Origin: Haliotis cracherodii
Taxonomy: Eukaryota
Reading direction: 5' to 3'
DNA: 64,000 nt
Assembly: GCF_022045235.1 (NCBI RefSeq)
Contig: NW_027266264.1
Coordinates: forward strand, 80,538,001-80,602,000
Part shown: in pieces, positions 25,895 through 39,262 of the stretch
Layout: each line of letters begins with the position of its first letter
How positions within the stretch are numbered: the first letter of the stretch is position 1
Position numbers and translations under genes: made by a program
The notes under the pieces: model-generated
Told to the model about the DNA's origin: nothing
What the model saw: only the letters and a program-made list of their open reading frames with translations
The model's database searches: none

Positions 25895-26098
25895 ACGCGG
25901 TCCTATGTCAGGATAACTACAACGGTGACTGGAAGTACGTGGCCCCAGGCTCGGGATGCAAGAGGTTCATCAATTGTGGTGGTCAGGATTACCACGGATT
26001 GCTTCAGTGCCCCGAGACGACTCTCTTCAATGAAAACGCCCAGGATTGTGTATACGCAGCGGATTCCAATTGTCAGGAACCCTTCAACGAAAACCCAG
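25895..26098 (+). CDS. Gene C exon 2: CBM14-like domain 1
   Basis: Acceptor gtcttttAG, donor GTAACG; same 204-nt length as B exon 2. YAVLCQDNYNGDWKYVAPGSGCKRFINCGGQDYHGLLQCPETTLFNENAQDCVYAADSNCQEPFNENP. Confidence 0.88.
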
Positions 26099-26200
26099 GT
26101 AACGAAACATAAGTTCGCGTATGATATTCATTATCTTGTAGCACATGCTAAATAGAGTTGTCATTAATAGAATCTGATTGATTGTTTTATGTATTCAATT

Positions 26201-26375
26201 AGTGAGTGAGTGAGTGAGTGAGTATGGTTTTACGCCGCTTTTAGCAGTATTCCAGCAATATCACGGCGGGGGACACCAGAAATGGGCTTCACACATTTTA
26301 CCCATGTCGGGAATCGAACCCGAGTGTTCGGCGTGACGAGCGAACGCTTTAACCACTGGGCTACCCGACCGCCCC
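26201..26375 (-). mobile_element. SINE S2, gene C intron 2
   Basis: Homologous to 15948-16113 but at a different site; imperfect TSD TGTATTCA(A)TTA. Confidence 0.82.
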
Positions 26376-27121
26376 TGTATTCATTAACCATTGCCTAGCA
26401 ACTGGTTATTATTTACAATTCAGATTGGCAATGTACATCCGTTTTCTGAAAAAAGGAATCCTTAGATGTGACTTAATTCCCCGAATGGACAGGAAGTTTA
26501 AGGGACCATGACTGTCTTTTCAAATGGCTGGTTATGTAAAAAGTTGGCGGGTGAATAGACTTTTACGTCATGTATTCTATTCAGTTATTTCAGTCATTTA
26601 ATAAACTAATATGAACATATATTATATTCGCTAATGACCGTTGAAAGAGCTACAGCGGACACGGAATACGTTTACAAAACGAAGTAGCTCATCCACCCCT
26701 CACTCAACCGAAAGGATAAATTTCAACAGTTTGGGACGATCGTGAATCGAGAAGGGAATCAATATGTTGCCTTTTTGTAATGATATTATACATGAATAAA
26801 GACAAATCCGTTGAGAAACAGTGACGGTAGAAGATATTGCTAGGATGCCAATATGACTTCCTTCAGTTTTAATGTTACTTAGTGTAAGGACTAATTTCAG
26901 TAACCTTTAACGTATCAAAATTAACAAAACCACATTTCATTATATTTGTTTTCTATTTAACGAAATAACCTGCTAATATTAATAGTATTAGAAGGATTCT
27001 TTTAATCCTGACTTCGGTGAAAAGGTCTTATGTTTATAGATAAAGGGACATACAGTCGATGATGGTTACAATTCTGTGATTTCTGTTGAACGCTGTATTG
27101 TACGTATGTGTTTGCTTCCAG

Positions 27122-27291
27122 ACTGTGTGACCGGCGTGGATCCCTACAACTGCTCAGCCTTCACATACTGCCATCTTAACACCCAGTACAACTTCAGCTG
27201 CAACCAAGACCTCTACTACTCTCAGAGCAAACTCATCTGTGTGTACGCTGATGATCTGACGGAGGACGACAAATACCTGTGCGGCTTCTAG
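27122..27291 (+). CDS. Gene C exon 3: CBM14-like domain 2 and stop
   Basis: Acceptor tttgcttccAG. CVTGVDPYNCSAFTYCHLNTQYNFSCNQDLYYSQSKLICVYADDLTEDDKYLCGF*; AATAAA at 27368-27373. Confidence 0.87.
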
Positions 27292-28193
27292 ACACACCCA
27301 CCCTGCCCATCCCCCGGGGTCAAAGACCCCCATGATTCAATATAAACAATGTATTCTCTGAATTCCAAATAAAGCTCATCAGACAATATGTTTGTGTCTA
27401 TACTTTCAAACGTAGAGCATTTACAAAACTTTATATACTGGTAAATATTGTCTTGAGTGAGTGAGTGGGTTTATGAGCGAGTGAGTGAGTGAGTGAGTGN
27501 NNNNNNNNNNNNNNNNNNNNNNNNNNNNNNNNNNNNNNNNNNNNNNNNNNNNNNNNNNNNNNNNNNNNNNNNNNNNNNNNNNNNNNNNNNNNNNNNNNNN
27601 NNNNNNNNNNNNNNNNNNNNNNNNNNNNNNNNNNNNNNNNNNNNNNNNNNNNNNNNNNNNNNNNNCCTGCAACTTCTTGGTGTGTAGTCCTTCACGGTAC
27701 CACCTGTCCAGGTGTCATATGTGTAAGTGCCTGTGAATCTGATTTGTACATCTAATATCAATATTTATCATTTAAGTAAAGCATTTATCCATGACATAAG
27801 CTTATGACATAAAAACATGTATGTCATACCCCAATGACATAAGTATGCAAATTAGATATGCAAATTAGATAACCGGAAGTGGGACTTTTTTCGCCGGTGC
27901 ACGTAAGTAGGTGTTTACAAACATGGATACATTTGATGTTCGAGACATTATTTCAATTATTCTGCAAAAGTCTGTTCAAGTATTTTGTTTAAAATAATCC
28001 GAGGAACTTTTTTTCTCAGCGAAGGAATATGCCATAAAGGAGTTAAGAGGTTGTTTATTTTGGTTTACACGGCTATGGAAAACATTTATCACTACGCACG
28101 ATCTATACGTAAGATTTCGACAAGTTGCTGATGTTAATGTTTAATGCAATTATTCCTTAATTGGGAAGTAAAAATGTGAGAATGATAAATATA

Positions 28194-28333
28194 ATTCATC
28201 ACTCGTGTTTTTTAATATGGGAAATATCAACCTCGTCCCGTTAATCGGTATTTGCCTCGCGAAAGGCTCGGCAAATACCGATCTATTAAGACTCGGTTGA
28301 TATTTCCCATGTTAAAAAACACTCGTGATGAAT
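28194..28333. repeat. 140-bp imperfect palindrome
   Basis: ATTCATCACTCGTGTTTTTTAATATGGGAAATATCAACC versus GGTTGATATTTCCCATGTTAAAAAACACTCGTGATGAAT; inner stem ATCGGTATTTGCC/GGCAAATACCGAT. Confidence 0.75.
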
Positions 28334-30160
28334 CCTCTATATATTATACATCTTATCAATATTTGACTTATTACCTTACGATATGCACTTCATTTAAACA
28401 AGTGTAAATTCTAAACATGTTAAATTTTAAACGAATTAAACATTTTAACGAAATTCATTGTCATAATACACGAGTTTAGGTATAAAACGTGTGCGTGCAT
28501 ATAACTATTCAATCATTCTGAGCTGCACGAGCCGAATCTGGTATCCGTGCAACGTTATGTGTATCAAGAGAGTCTGAGTGGTGAGCATCATCTTTATTCC
28601 CATTGAATGTACAATGACTTCGTATGGAATGTATAGAGTGAGTTAAAATGGTGTCAAGCTGAATGTTGTCCCTTTCCAGCAACATCACGACGGCGGACAC
28701 CAAAACTGGTCTTCACACATTTTGACCTAATTGGGAATCGAACCGGGATTTATGGCGTGTAGTCCCTTCTATTCATATAACTAGACAAACATTAAACATA
28801 CAAAGTTCAACATTAAACATACAAAGTTCAACATTAAAGATACAAAGTTCAACATTAAACATACAAAGAGTGGTTCTGTTATTGGTGAATTCAATGAAAC
28901 CAGGTTTTAATATTGAGCATTAATATCACATCATGAAAATATTAATCTGTTTGCAAACATGACTATTTTGCTAGAAATAGTACATAGTGTTGCCTTATTT
29001 AATAACAAGTGTTACTGCTTTTCAACCACGTTGAAATCTGTTTCCTGATACCGATAGAGGTCACATACATTGTAATGAAAACAGGTGCAGTCGTTACAAC
29101 TCGTCCCTTTCCGTAACCTGCCAGTGGGCTTGTCCTGGAATAACACGAGTTGGTCACGAATGGAACAGGTGGTCTTCCAATGCATGGTTGTGTCGCCACG
29201 TGTTCAGTCGAGCGATGCATACCATCACACACCCAACCAGTGTTAGCCTTGCGATGTCGCGAGGCGGTAAGCCTCTACTGGTACCAGGCCGTAGGTTCAG
29301 GTCTTTTTACTGCGGGCTGTTAACCTCAACATGAGACAGGAAAGTACTGAATTGCTCGGTGTTTTGGACATGTGTGAATACATGTCAATGTTTTTCTACA
29401 TATTACGGAACGGGATAGGTTCATGAAGGTCATTTGTAAGATGTATTTCTTTCTCTCTCATCTCTGTCATGACGATTTGAGGCGACCGTGAATCCTTGAG
29501 GTTTATCACGTTATGAACAGCTATTCTGGTTCCTGTTACGCCTGCCGTTGTTTCCAACCTTTGGAATCTGAAAATGTCTGCTATTAGCTTCGTTTGGACC
29601 TTCGACATTTGAAAATGTCTTTTACATACCTATGTTTGGAAAAAGCATCCTGCTGTTGAGAAAAGTCTATGATACCTTCTTTCTAAATACCATTTAATGA
29701 TAAACTTTACCTTATTTTATATACATTGTGGATGTATCATCAACATTCATATCCACAGAATCATTCAGGTTCATACATACCAGTTACCTATCAGTGCCCG
29801 GGGTGGCCTCTTCTTCCCGTACCTTATCCTCCTGTCCGTATCGGCTTTTCTATCCCCCACCCAACCACACATTCTCACCCTCTCTGTCTCTGTGTCCCCC
29901 CACCCCCCCACCCCCCCCCCCCACCCCCAAGCCACTTCCACTTTCATCTTTCCCTCTCTCACTATAATGTCCAACCATATACGTTCCGTTTATCCCATAA
30001 GCTCGACAAATAAGCTTCGCTACATGACGTTCACGCATACGTTCACGTGAACAAACAACTTAAAACACTTGTATATGTTTTTTTCAAGATGCAGCATACT
30101 TTAGACAAAAGACATTTCGAAGTCACATTTTCACAAGTAGTCATTTACAAAAGGGGAGTG

Positions 30161-30190
30161 CACCTGTTCCACGTGCCCCTATAATAAACA
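30161..30190 (+). promoter_or_regulatory. E-box plus TATA core promoter of gene D
   Basis: CACGTGccccTATAATAAA; the same cassette precedes E, F and G. Confidence 0.6.
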
Positions 30191-30285
30191 GGTCTCACAG
30201 CATTTCGGCAGTTCTGCTTTTGGAGTTTTCACATCTACACGTCAAACCGATTCTTCGCCTTTTTAAACAACAGGTTTTATACAAG

Positions 30286-30352
30286 ATGTTGACGTTCTCT
30301 AGTATCGGTATTGCTCTTCTGGGACTTTTCTTCACTGTAGACGGACAAACAG
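30286..30352 (+). CDS. Gene D exon 1: signal peptide of a secreted 2xCBM14 protein (150 aa)
   Basis: MLTFSSIGIALLGLFFTVDGQT; donor GTAAGT at 30353, phase 1; TATA box about 105 bp upstream; homologous exon in E, F and G. Confidence 0.85.
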
Positions 30353-30909
30353 GTAAGTGTTTCTTCACCTGGACTTATGTAAACTGTCAGCGTAACATCA
30401 GCCTGGTGACGTAGCCTTAACGCCACACCGACGTCAGTGTTAAACGGTTGTAGATAGAGATGCGCTAGTTTGTTGAACAGACTCGTTATCTTAACGTGTT
30501 GAACCAAGGCATCAAAACAGACTTCCTTTGTTCGGTGTCGCGTAAAAGATAACAGTCAATGTGAACGTTAGCATGATTGAGAGATCCTGGTTAACACTAT
30601 ACTTCGACGTGGGTAAAACTTGACGATCAGTTATTGATATTTAACTTAACTTTATATTATCACTAATTGATAATGAATCTATAACGACACGCCATATTAG
30701 CAGTTAATGATACTGCATCTATAATTATATATCATATTAGTAGTTATTGATACTGCATCTTTAATTATATATCATGTAAGCAGTAATTGATACTGCATCT
30801 GCAATTAAGTACCATATTATCAATAGTTGACACTCCATCTTTGAATTAAACACAATATTATCGGTTGTTGATACTGAAATAGTGACGTTATAAAGGTTTG
30901 TTCTTATGC

Positions 30910-31310
30910 AATGTTGTTCCGTCACAATAGTTTCTTCAGAGGCCGTCATGCAAAATTGTTCAGTCAGAATAGTTTCTTCAGAGATCATCATACTAAATGG
31001 TTCAGTCACAATAGTTTCTTCAGAGGCCGTAGTTTCTTCAGAGGCCGTCCTACAAAATTGTTCAGTCACAATAGTTTCTTCAGAGACCGTCCAACAAAAT
31101 TGTTTAGTCACAATAGTTTCTTCAGAGACCGTAATACTAAATTGTTCAGTCACAATAGTTTCTTCAGAGACCGTAATACTAAATTGTTCAGTCACAATAG
31201 TTTCTTCAGAAACCATCATACAAATTTGTTCAGTCACAATATTTTGTTCAGAGACCGTCATACTAAATTTTCAGTCACAATAGTTTCTTCAGAGGCCGTC
31301 ATACTGAATT
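30910..31310. repeat. 42-bp minisatellite, gene D intron 1
   Basis: AATTGTTCAGTCACAATAGTTTCTTCAGAGACCGTCATACTA. Confidence 0.85.
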
Positions 31311-31544
31311 ATAGTTAATTTAGGTTGAGCCGTAATACTTTCTTTAGGGTCAGTCCTAAGTATTGGTTAGATAGCGGGGCGCCGAGGACTCTAGGTTATA
31401 CCCCATGGTCCAAATGTTCTAACCTATTTAAATCATGGCCAACATTCAAAGTACCTTGGCACCTTAACTATTTAACAGCTTTGTTTTGTTCACCTTATTT
31501 CAAAATATATTCAAGAGCTCTAAACTAGGAAAACTGTTTAAGTA

Positions 31545-32380
31545 GAGTGAGCCCTCATGATTGTGTGGAGTCAACCCTAATGGTTATGTAGAGTCAGGCA
31601 GAATGATTCTGTAGAGTCAGCCCTAATGGTTGTGTGGAGTCAACCCTAATGGTTGTGTAGAGTCAGCCAGAATGATTCTGTAGAGTCAGCCCTAATGGTT
31701 GTGTGGAGTCAACTCTAATGGTTGTGTAGAGTCAGGCAGAATGATTCTGTAGAGTCAGTCCTAATGGTTGTGTAGAGTCAGGCAGAGTGATTCTGTAGAG
31801 TCAGTCCTAATGGTTGTGTAGAGTCAGCCAGAGTGATTCTGTAGAGTCAGCCCTAATGGTTGTGTGGAGTCAACCTTAATGGTTGTGTAGAGTCAGGCAG
31901 AATGATTCTGTAGAGTCAATCCTAATGGTTGTGTAGAGTCAGCCAGAGTGATTCTGTAGAGTCAGCCCTAATGGTTGTGTGGAGTCAACCTTAATGGTTG
32001 TGTAGAGTCAGGCAGAATGATTCTGTAGAGTCAATCCTAATGGTTGTGTAGAGTCAGCCAGAGTGATTCTGTAGAGTCAGCCCTAATGGTTGTGTGGAGT
32101 CAACCTTAATGGTTGTGTAGAGTCAGGCAGAATGATTCTTTAGAGTCAGTCCTAATGGTTGTGTGGAGTCAACCCTAATGGTTGTGTAGAGTCAGGCAGA
32201 ATGAATATGTAGAGTTAGCCCTAATGGTTGTGTAGAGTCAGCCAGAGTGATTTTGTAGAGTCAGTCCCCATGGTTATGTAGAGTCAGTTAGAATGACTCT
32301 GTAGATTCAAGCCACATGGTTGTGTAGAGTCAGTCAGAATGTTTCTTTAAAGTCACTCGTAATGGTTGTGTAGAGTCAGT
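31545..32380. repeat. Minisatellite of about 23-24 bp, gene D intron 1 (short paralog at 40230-40460 in E)
   Basis: AATGGTTGTGTAGAGTCAGTCCT variants. Confidence 0.85.
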
Positions 32381-32456
32381 CATAGATGAGGGTAAGTCAT
32401 CAGTGACTTCTTCACTTGTAAGCAACAGCTGCTGTATTTGATCGTGTTTGTTGCAG

Positions 32457-32663
32457 TGGCACCAGATCCCCGGTGTGATGCGTTCCGGGATGGCATAGGG
32501 AACATCATGGTGGAAGGCATGGATTGCAGATACTACCTCTCGTGCTGGAACTTCATCATCGATCACGAACCCATGCACTGTGCTGGCGGGACGATCTTCA
32601 ACCCAGACACTGGCATGTGTGATGCGGAGGAATGCAACGAAGGAAACACTCAATCTCAATACG
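32457..32663 (+). CDS. Gene D exon 2: CBM14-like domain 1
   Basis: Acceptor tttgttgcAG, donor GTTAGT. VAPDPRCDAFRDGIGNIMVEGMDCRYYLSCWNFIIDHEPMHCAGGTIFNPDTGMCDAEECNEGNTQSQY, Cys spacing 16-5-11-12-4. Confidence 0.88.
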
Positions 32664-32704
32664 GTTAGTGCTCAACTACTGATACCTTTTGGTCACAACT
32701 ACCA

Positions 32705-33058
32705 GGCCGCCTCCGTGGTCTTGTGGTAGAGCGTCCGCTCGGAGAGCGGAAGGTCAGGGGTTCGATCCCCGGCCGCGTCATACTGAAAGACGTTAAAAGA
32801 TGGTACTTGTTGTTACCCTGTCTGGCGCTCGGCATTAAGGGGCTAAAACAAGGACTGGTCGGCTCAGTATACTGTCTGTATACTGTCTGAGTGGGGTATT
32901 CATGTTAAACTGTGGCGTGGTATCTCAGTGAGCTAGCACTATAAATCGGCATCAGTCCGGACTAGTACAAGCAGCCACACACACACGTGCATGCACGTCG
33001 CTATATAAGTGCAATAATCTTGGACGCGACGTTAAACCCAATTTCACCTCACCTCACC
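32705..33058 (+). mobile_element. SINE S4, gene D intron 2
   Basis: Full-length homolog with (CACCT)n tail; empty site in gene E near 40760. Confidence 0.85.
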
Positions 33059-33562
33059 ACACTGTGACAACAAATATCACAACTATTATCTAGTGACACT
33101 GGAACAACAGAACTGCTACTGCAACAGCTACACAACTTATACCAGGAGAACTCTTACAGCCGTACTGACCACCCGGCAGTAATGACATCGATACGACCTC
33201 ATACTACTGTTTTTACCACTGACTGACTACCGCCTGTAGTACGTAACATTATTCAATTAATTAAATACCAAATAAATGATGTCAGCATATGGCTAGATAA
33301 GATAGATATCCCTTTGGGGACCCGGGTTAGAATAGGTCTCCTTGACGATTGATTATCGTTCTCCTACGTTGTTCATCATATCAATCACTGGTTTGTAGGC
33401 CAATACTCGATTATTTTCATGCTGCTAGAATGAGTTGGAATATTAATGACAGGGTATAAAAGAGTATTCGCTGCCGACATATATATGATGAAGCCATTTT
33501 TATACAAATGTACTGTAAAAGTACCGGAAAAGTCAAAAGGTCTCATTCTCTATTTTGAACAG

Positions 33563-33741
33563 TGTGTCAAGAGGGTGCTCTACAGGGTGACTGTTCCCGC
33601 TACAACTTGTGTTTCAACACTCCCAATGTCACCTTCCAATGTGGCGAGCAAACCTACTACCACAACGAAATGCTCGTGTGCGTAAATCCCAGCGAATACC
33701 CGGACTTGCCAGAAGAACAGGGATGTGCCTACAATCCCTAG
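33563..33741 (+). CDS. Gene D exon 3: CBM14-like domain 2 and stop
   Basis: Acceptor ttttgaacAG. CQEGALQGDCSRYNLCFNTPNVTFQCGEQTYYHNEMLVCVNPSEYPDLPEEQGCAYNP*; AATAAA at 33968-33973. This frame is absent from the ORF track. Confidence 0.87.
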
Positions 33742-36559
33742 TAACAGCATCCACAACAACTGCAGCATCTACATCTTCAACAACTGCAGCATCTACATCC
33801 ACAACAACTGCAGCATCTACATCTTCAACAACTGCAGCACTTTTTGCTTATGACAAATGTTTCTGAGGACAGTCCTTTAAGATGGGGTGGACAAAGAATT
33901 GTAATTTGTTTTTAGACAAAGAGCAATACAGTTTTCATAACACCATAACATTATCTTACAATTGAACAATAAAATTAAAAGAAATATTTAATTATTTCCT
34001 GTTTTGTCTTACTTTACACCCAAAATAGTCTTTTAATTTCTAACCGTGTCTGGCATCCGAACTGCATACCGCATTCAGTGGTAGATTCGGACGGTATCTT
34101 CCAGCATGTGGCGATTCACCAGACTCAAATACTGGAGCAAATACAACACTATGAAAGCGCAAGCGCAAGGGACAGAGAACATGTCCTATTGTCATTGGCA
34201 AGGACAGCATAGCACCACGTCACTGCCAGAAACCTAACGTGACAAATAGTTCCTGCCATCATTCATCCATGTCACGAGGGACAGTGGCAAAACTAAACTA
34301 TGAGGAGTTGAGTACCCCCCATCCCGTCGGTGCACCTACTGCCCTGGTTATTCATCTGACTAATGAAATGAGAATAACGTATTTAGCGAAGCTGGAGTTA
34401 ATGGTACAAAGAGTCTCGAATGCCTGTTAACCAATCCAATAGCAGCGTTGGTTATTCGTGTTTTTGTCACAGGGCCGTTTCATTCAACATTATATGACCT
34501 TTAAACTTCAGACGTGAATCAACGATGTTCATAAACATAGCTAATGTGACATTTCTTTGACCTCAAGTTGCCCTTTTGACTATTATCAGGATAAAAAGAT
34601 TGTTATTTTGCCTACAATGTGTACGGGGGAGTTGGGGTGTGAGGAGAGGGGTGTGTGATATTTGTCTCGGTGGCAAGTGGCCTTTAGTTCTTTAGGACCA
34701 ACACACAGGGGGAAAGACTGTACACACATCAACTGGGGGATGAACATCCATATTATGTATTTGGAAACTGTGTGGTACAAAGTGCAGTCAGAACGTTTTT
34801 CTGTGAAACTGTGAAAAGGAATGATTCAAAAATCTAAATGGAGGGATTAAAAGGAGACATTTACAAAACATTCCGTGTAAGCAGGACGTACTAATTCTTT
34901 TCGCGAACACCTGGTGTCATCACTGATTTTCAGTCATCCTTTCATATATTTCCCCCCCCCTATTTTGCATTTAACTTCTGTTTCGGCAGTTAACTTTGAC
35001 TGATTATTCTCTAGCGTTGACGTTGTATATTTAATAAAAGCGACAAAGCCCTTTTCACATTAATAAGAAATCTCTGAGTCGATTGCACGATTATCGCTAA
35101 ACAAAATCATCGGTTGTAAGATCATCGATAAAAAAATAGAATAGAAGTAGGTCACGGGGGTTGTTATTGTCATCCCGATAAAACTTCCTTACTTGGAATC
35201 AGTTTTGCTATGAAATTAATAAATGATGACGTAGTGGAATTGTGGAATGCTGATGACGACAGTGACGGGACAGTGACACCAGACGTACCTGTGCGTCTGT
35301 TGCATCCCGACTTGACCCTTGACCCTGGGCAGGCAAAGTAGGAACCAGATGCAGCACAACGACACCCCGTTAATAGGAACGGTTACGTTCCCACTGAACT
35401 CGTCCACATAAACACATTTCCGAATTAAGGAATTTTGGGTCCTTGGCCCCGTTTCGCAAAGCGTTCCTAGTCTGTGTTAAACTGTGGGAGTTAAGATCAT
35501 CTTAGCACTACTATCACTTAGTTGAACGGGGCCCAGAGCTCTTGTACACATGTGCCCATCAGTAGACATCCAGAACACGGGGCCATACTAGTTCCAAGGA
35601 TACCACGGTGCTTGCTGTACACACCAGAAACACAAACAAATAGCCACTAGGCTACCCGACCGCCCCTGCACAACTATGAAAGAATCGTGCCGACCAAGCA
35701 CCACTATAACTGTAGCCGCCAATTTTGACGCATCAGTGACAAAGCTGATATCCGACGCAGTTCCATATTTTGACTTGTACCATATTTTCCTGTTGTCTTT
35801 TTTAGGTTAGAATTGACTTGCCTTTGCATGTGTTTGTGACGGGGAGCATACCCTCACCTTATCGTGAACACCTGGTGTCATCACGATTAAATAATGATTC
35901 ATAAACACTTGCTCATGATATAGTCGCAATTGTACAATCGACTCTGTGTTTGGCAGATATTTCTTATGAATATGGAAAGGATTTTGTCTCATTCATTTAG
36001 GAGTATATAATGCTAACAAGCTAAAATATTCTTAAGACAGTTATCGTATGATAACAAGTGCATTTCTTAATTTGGATAGTAAAATATATCCGACGTTGCC
36101 CAAACACAACTGCGTCTTCTGTAAATCATTAAACTTATTTAAAATGTCACATACGCTATAACATCTTGTGGTGTTGGTGGAGGTGAAATGGGACTAAACA
36201 TTACTTCACCGATAATGTGACACGCATGCAGGGTGTGTGTGGCTGCAAATACGAGTGCGACTTATCCGGTTTTATGGTGCTAGCCCACTGAGAAATTAGT
36301 TTTATCCCCTTAATACCGAGTACCAGGCAGGGTAACAACAAGTCCAAATTTTTAACGTCTTTTGGCAATAAACGGCCGTGGATGAACACAACATTTATTA
36401 AAAAGGTTACGCGATTTCAGTAATATGCGGGCGATGAAGAAAACATCTTGGATGTTGAAAGTTAAAACATGTTTTTCCTCGAAAAGTTTGATGGCATATC
36501 ATCAGCAATGCAGTGGGGCTACTCGACATCTGAATTTAAACTTGGACTTTTCTATACAT

Positions 36560-37920
36560 TGTAACGGAACGGCCAAAGACTGGCCGATAATTACTCGTGG
36601 ATAAACTACTAATATAAATGGACGCTGCACCAGCCACAATATGTGACACAATAAATACCAGAGCTTGGAGACGACGTTTAGCGAAAATATATCACAAGGA
36701 TCTACAAAGTTACGAATGTCGAAACAGAATGATCACACAACAAGAAGGTAAAGTTCAATAACGAGTTTATTAATTAATAACTGAACTGAAAAATCTTATA
36801 CATTAGCTCGAGGTCTGGAGACACGATACCTACTGTCAACTGTACTGGAAACATCACTCGCTCGCCGTTGTCTGTGACATCGTGACTCTGTACCCCACGA
36901 TTGATATATCTGAACAATTAAAGTGTACAATAATCTTTGAAACTTGAAATTGTACGACTTTGGCTGCAACCGGAACTGGATCCATCCAATGTAAACAATA
37001 CATTCCGGAAGTCACGTGACCCAGAATGAATAACAATGAGGCCACACCTCCAAGGGCTGTCAAAATGCGATGTAGGTCAAATCCCAGTTAAAGCTTGGAA
37101 TTAAATATAATATATTTAATTTCTATATTATAGGATCGATTCTAAACATCGGTAGCTGCAACCCCATGACTATAACGGCATCACCGCGCATCTTGATAAC
37201 ATTAACAATCCGGTCAGAATAACCTCGGAGCTCCCGATCGCGATGGCAATCGACGACCGTCAAAACATCTTTTTATAGACTGTAAACTGTAATATTTTAT
37301 ACAGACGACACATCACTTGCGACTTGTGATGACTACAACTCTAACTTGTATGCTTGAATAATTACGATCTTGTAATATTCCATCGGAATGAATCCAGAAT
37401 CGCTGTCGGAATCTCGAAACGTCCGGACGTCAACAAGACATCATAAGGTAAATAGTCACTAACCCACGATCAGATTCAGACCAAGTATCACTTTTAGGCA
37501 TATAAATTAAACGTGATACAATAAAAATCTCTTGGAATGCGATAAATAGAACTTAGCGGTGACGAAACCCTGGAACACTACCTTCCTTGTCAAAGACAGA
37601 ACTGCCGCCGCCGAAGTTAACCTTGAAGGTCTATTTATAGGTGGCCTAAAGTCACATGATACGCAAACGTGACGTCAGAAAATCCAAGATAGCGACTGTA
37701 AGCAAGACTAACGCGACTCAAGTTGAATTAACTGTTATACTTGACTCTGCAACTTGGAAAAACATTGCATAAAGGTATGTCATCCTAATAACATACAGCA
37801 TGATGCTGGTACTATGACTGAAATTAGTGCGATGGCTGGGTGTTGCCCCACTGTCATAAAAGGCTGTAAGTGCGAACATTGAAGTACCTATTACCTTGAT
37901 ATAACAGGAAATTTGTTACA
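36560..37920 (-). mobile_element. Probable solo LTR (about 1.36 kb)
   Basis: TGTAAC...GTTACA termini; flanks ACAT/ATAT (4-bp TSD with one mismatch); minus-strand TATAAATAG near 37635. Confidence 0.45.
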
Positions 37921-38164
37921 ATATGTAATCTATAACGCATCAATAGACGCATCTTCAGTCGACAACTACAAATGCACCATAGTCCATCTTCGTGACAATA
38001 ATCCAACAGAAATGATCTCAGTATAACTCAGTTTCAATATATCCAGCAACACGTTCAGTTCGTGAGTGATCATCATTGAAACAGGCATAGAATAAACGCA
38101 TGGGCCACCTTAGCACGTTTGGATTATTTTGTCAATTTTGATACGGAAGTTTTCAATCCTCTTC

Positions 38165-38330
38165 GGGGCGGTGGGGAAGCCTAGTGGTAAAAGCGTTGCT
38201 CGTCAAGCCGAAGACCTAGGTTTGTTTTCCCGCATGGGTACAAATTGTGAAGACTTCTTCTGATGCCCCCCGCCGTGATATTGCAGGAATATTGCTTAAA
38301 AACGGCGTAAAACCATTCTCACTCACTCAC
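38165..38330 (+). mobile_element. SINE S2, diverged
   Basis: Same head and tail; approximate TSD TCAA(T)CCTCTTC. Confidence 0.75.
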
Positions 38331-39235
38331 TCAACCTCTTCCAAACACAAGTAGTTGATAATTACACAACCCCTTGCCAAGACATATGGATTCAAAATAC
38401 GCATCTTCGACACAGGTTCCAGGAAGCAACTTTCACAGCTCGTACCATCCCCATATGGGCGTATCTGCGAGGACAATCCAACGACATCTACGCATCAACG
38501 GTTTCCGTCCGAGGCGCCCAGCCAGTTGAACTAACCTGTCCGCAGAACATCAACCCCGACGTCTTCAGTACCTCGGTGGAGAAATGTCACTGATGAGTCA
38601 GGTTGTCTTATTAATGGCAATATGTTACACTGACATGCAAGATCCCCTGACCTGTCTCAATTCTGAACATGTGATATGACTCCAATCTCTCTCTCTTTCT
38701 CTCTCCCGCTCTTTCTATCTCTCTCTCTCTATCTCACTCTCTTTCTCCCTCTTTCTCTCTCTCTCTGTCCCTTATACTCTGTATTTCCTGAGCCCCCTCC
38801 ATCCCTGTCCCCCCGCTCTATCTCCACCGTGCATGTCTTATTATCAAACAACATCCAGGGTATACCCAAACCCTTCCATGTGACCTATACACGTCTCCAT
38901 AAATACACTGCACCCAGTATCCTTCTTTCACTTTGATATTTATCTCGTTGTAATCCTCTACAAAACTATTTTTTATTCGGTTCAACATTTGCTCCGATTG
39001 TCTTGCCATGTCTGATGACGTTACCGAAGAATGTCACCGTGTGTGAAATGGTTCCACAATGTACATTCCGATCATCCCATAAACTCGACAAATATACATT
39101 GCTACAAGTCGTCGACACATAGCACGATCAAACAACTTAAAAGACTTGTACATTTTTCTACAAGATGCAGCATACTTCAGACAAAAGACATTTCGAAGTC
39201 ACATTTTCACAAGTAGTCATTTACATAAGGGGAGT

Positions 39236-39262
39236 GCTGTTCCACGTGCCCCTATAATAAAC
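39236..39262 (+). promoter_or_regulatory. E-box plus TATA core promoter of gene E
   Basis: CACGTGccccTATAATAAA. Confidence 0.6.

Noticed and set aside
30761-31318. ORFs with 14-aa periodicity on both strands
   Set aside because: 42-bp intronic minisatellite open by chance; absent from paralog E.
38589-38625. CTGATGA hammerhead-like core (also CTGATAAG-GAAA at 2720-2970)
   Set aside because: No stem II followed by GAAA and no flanking helices.
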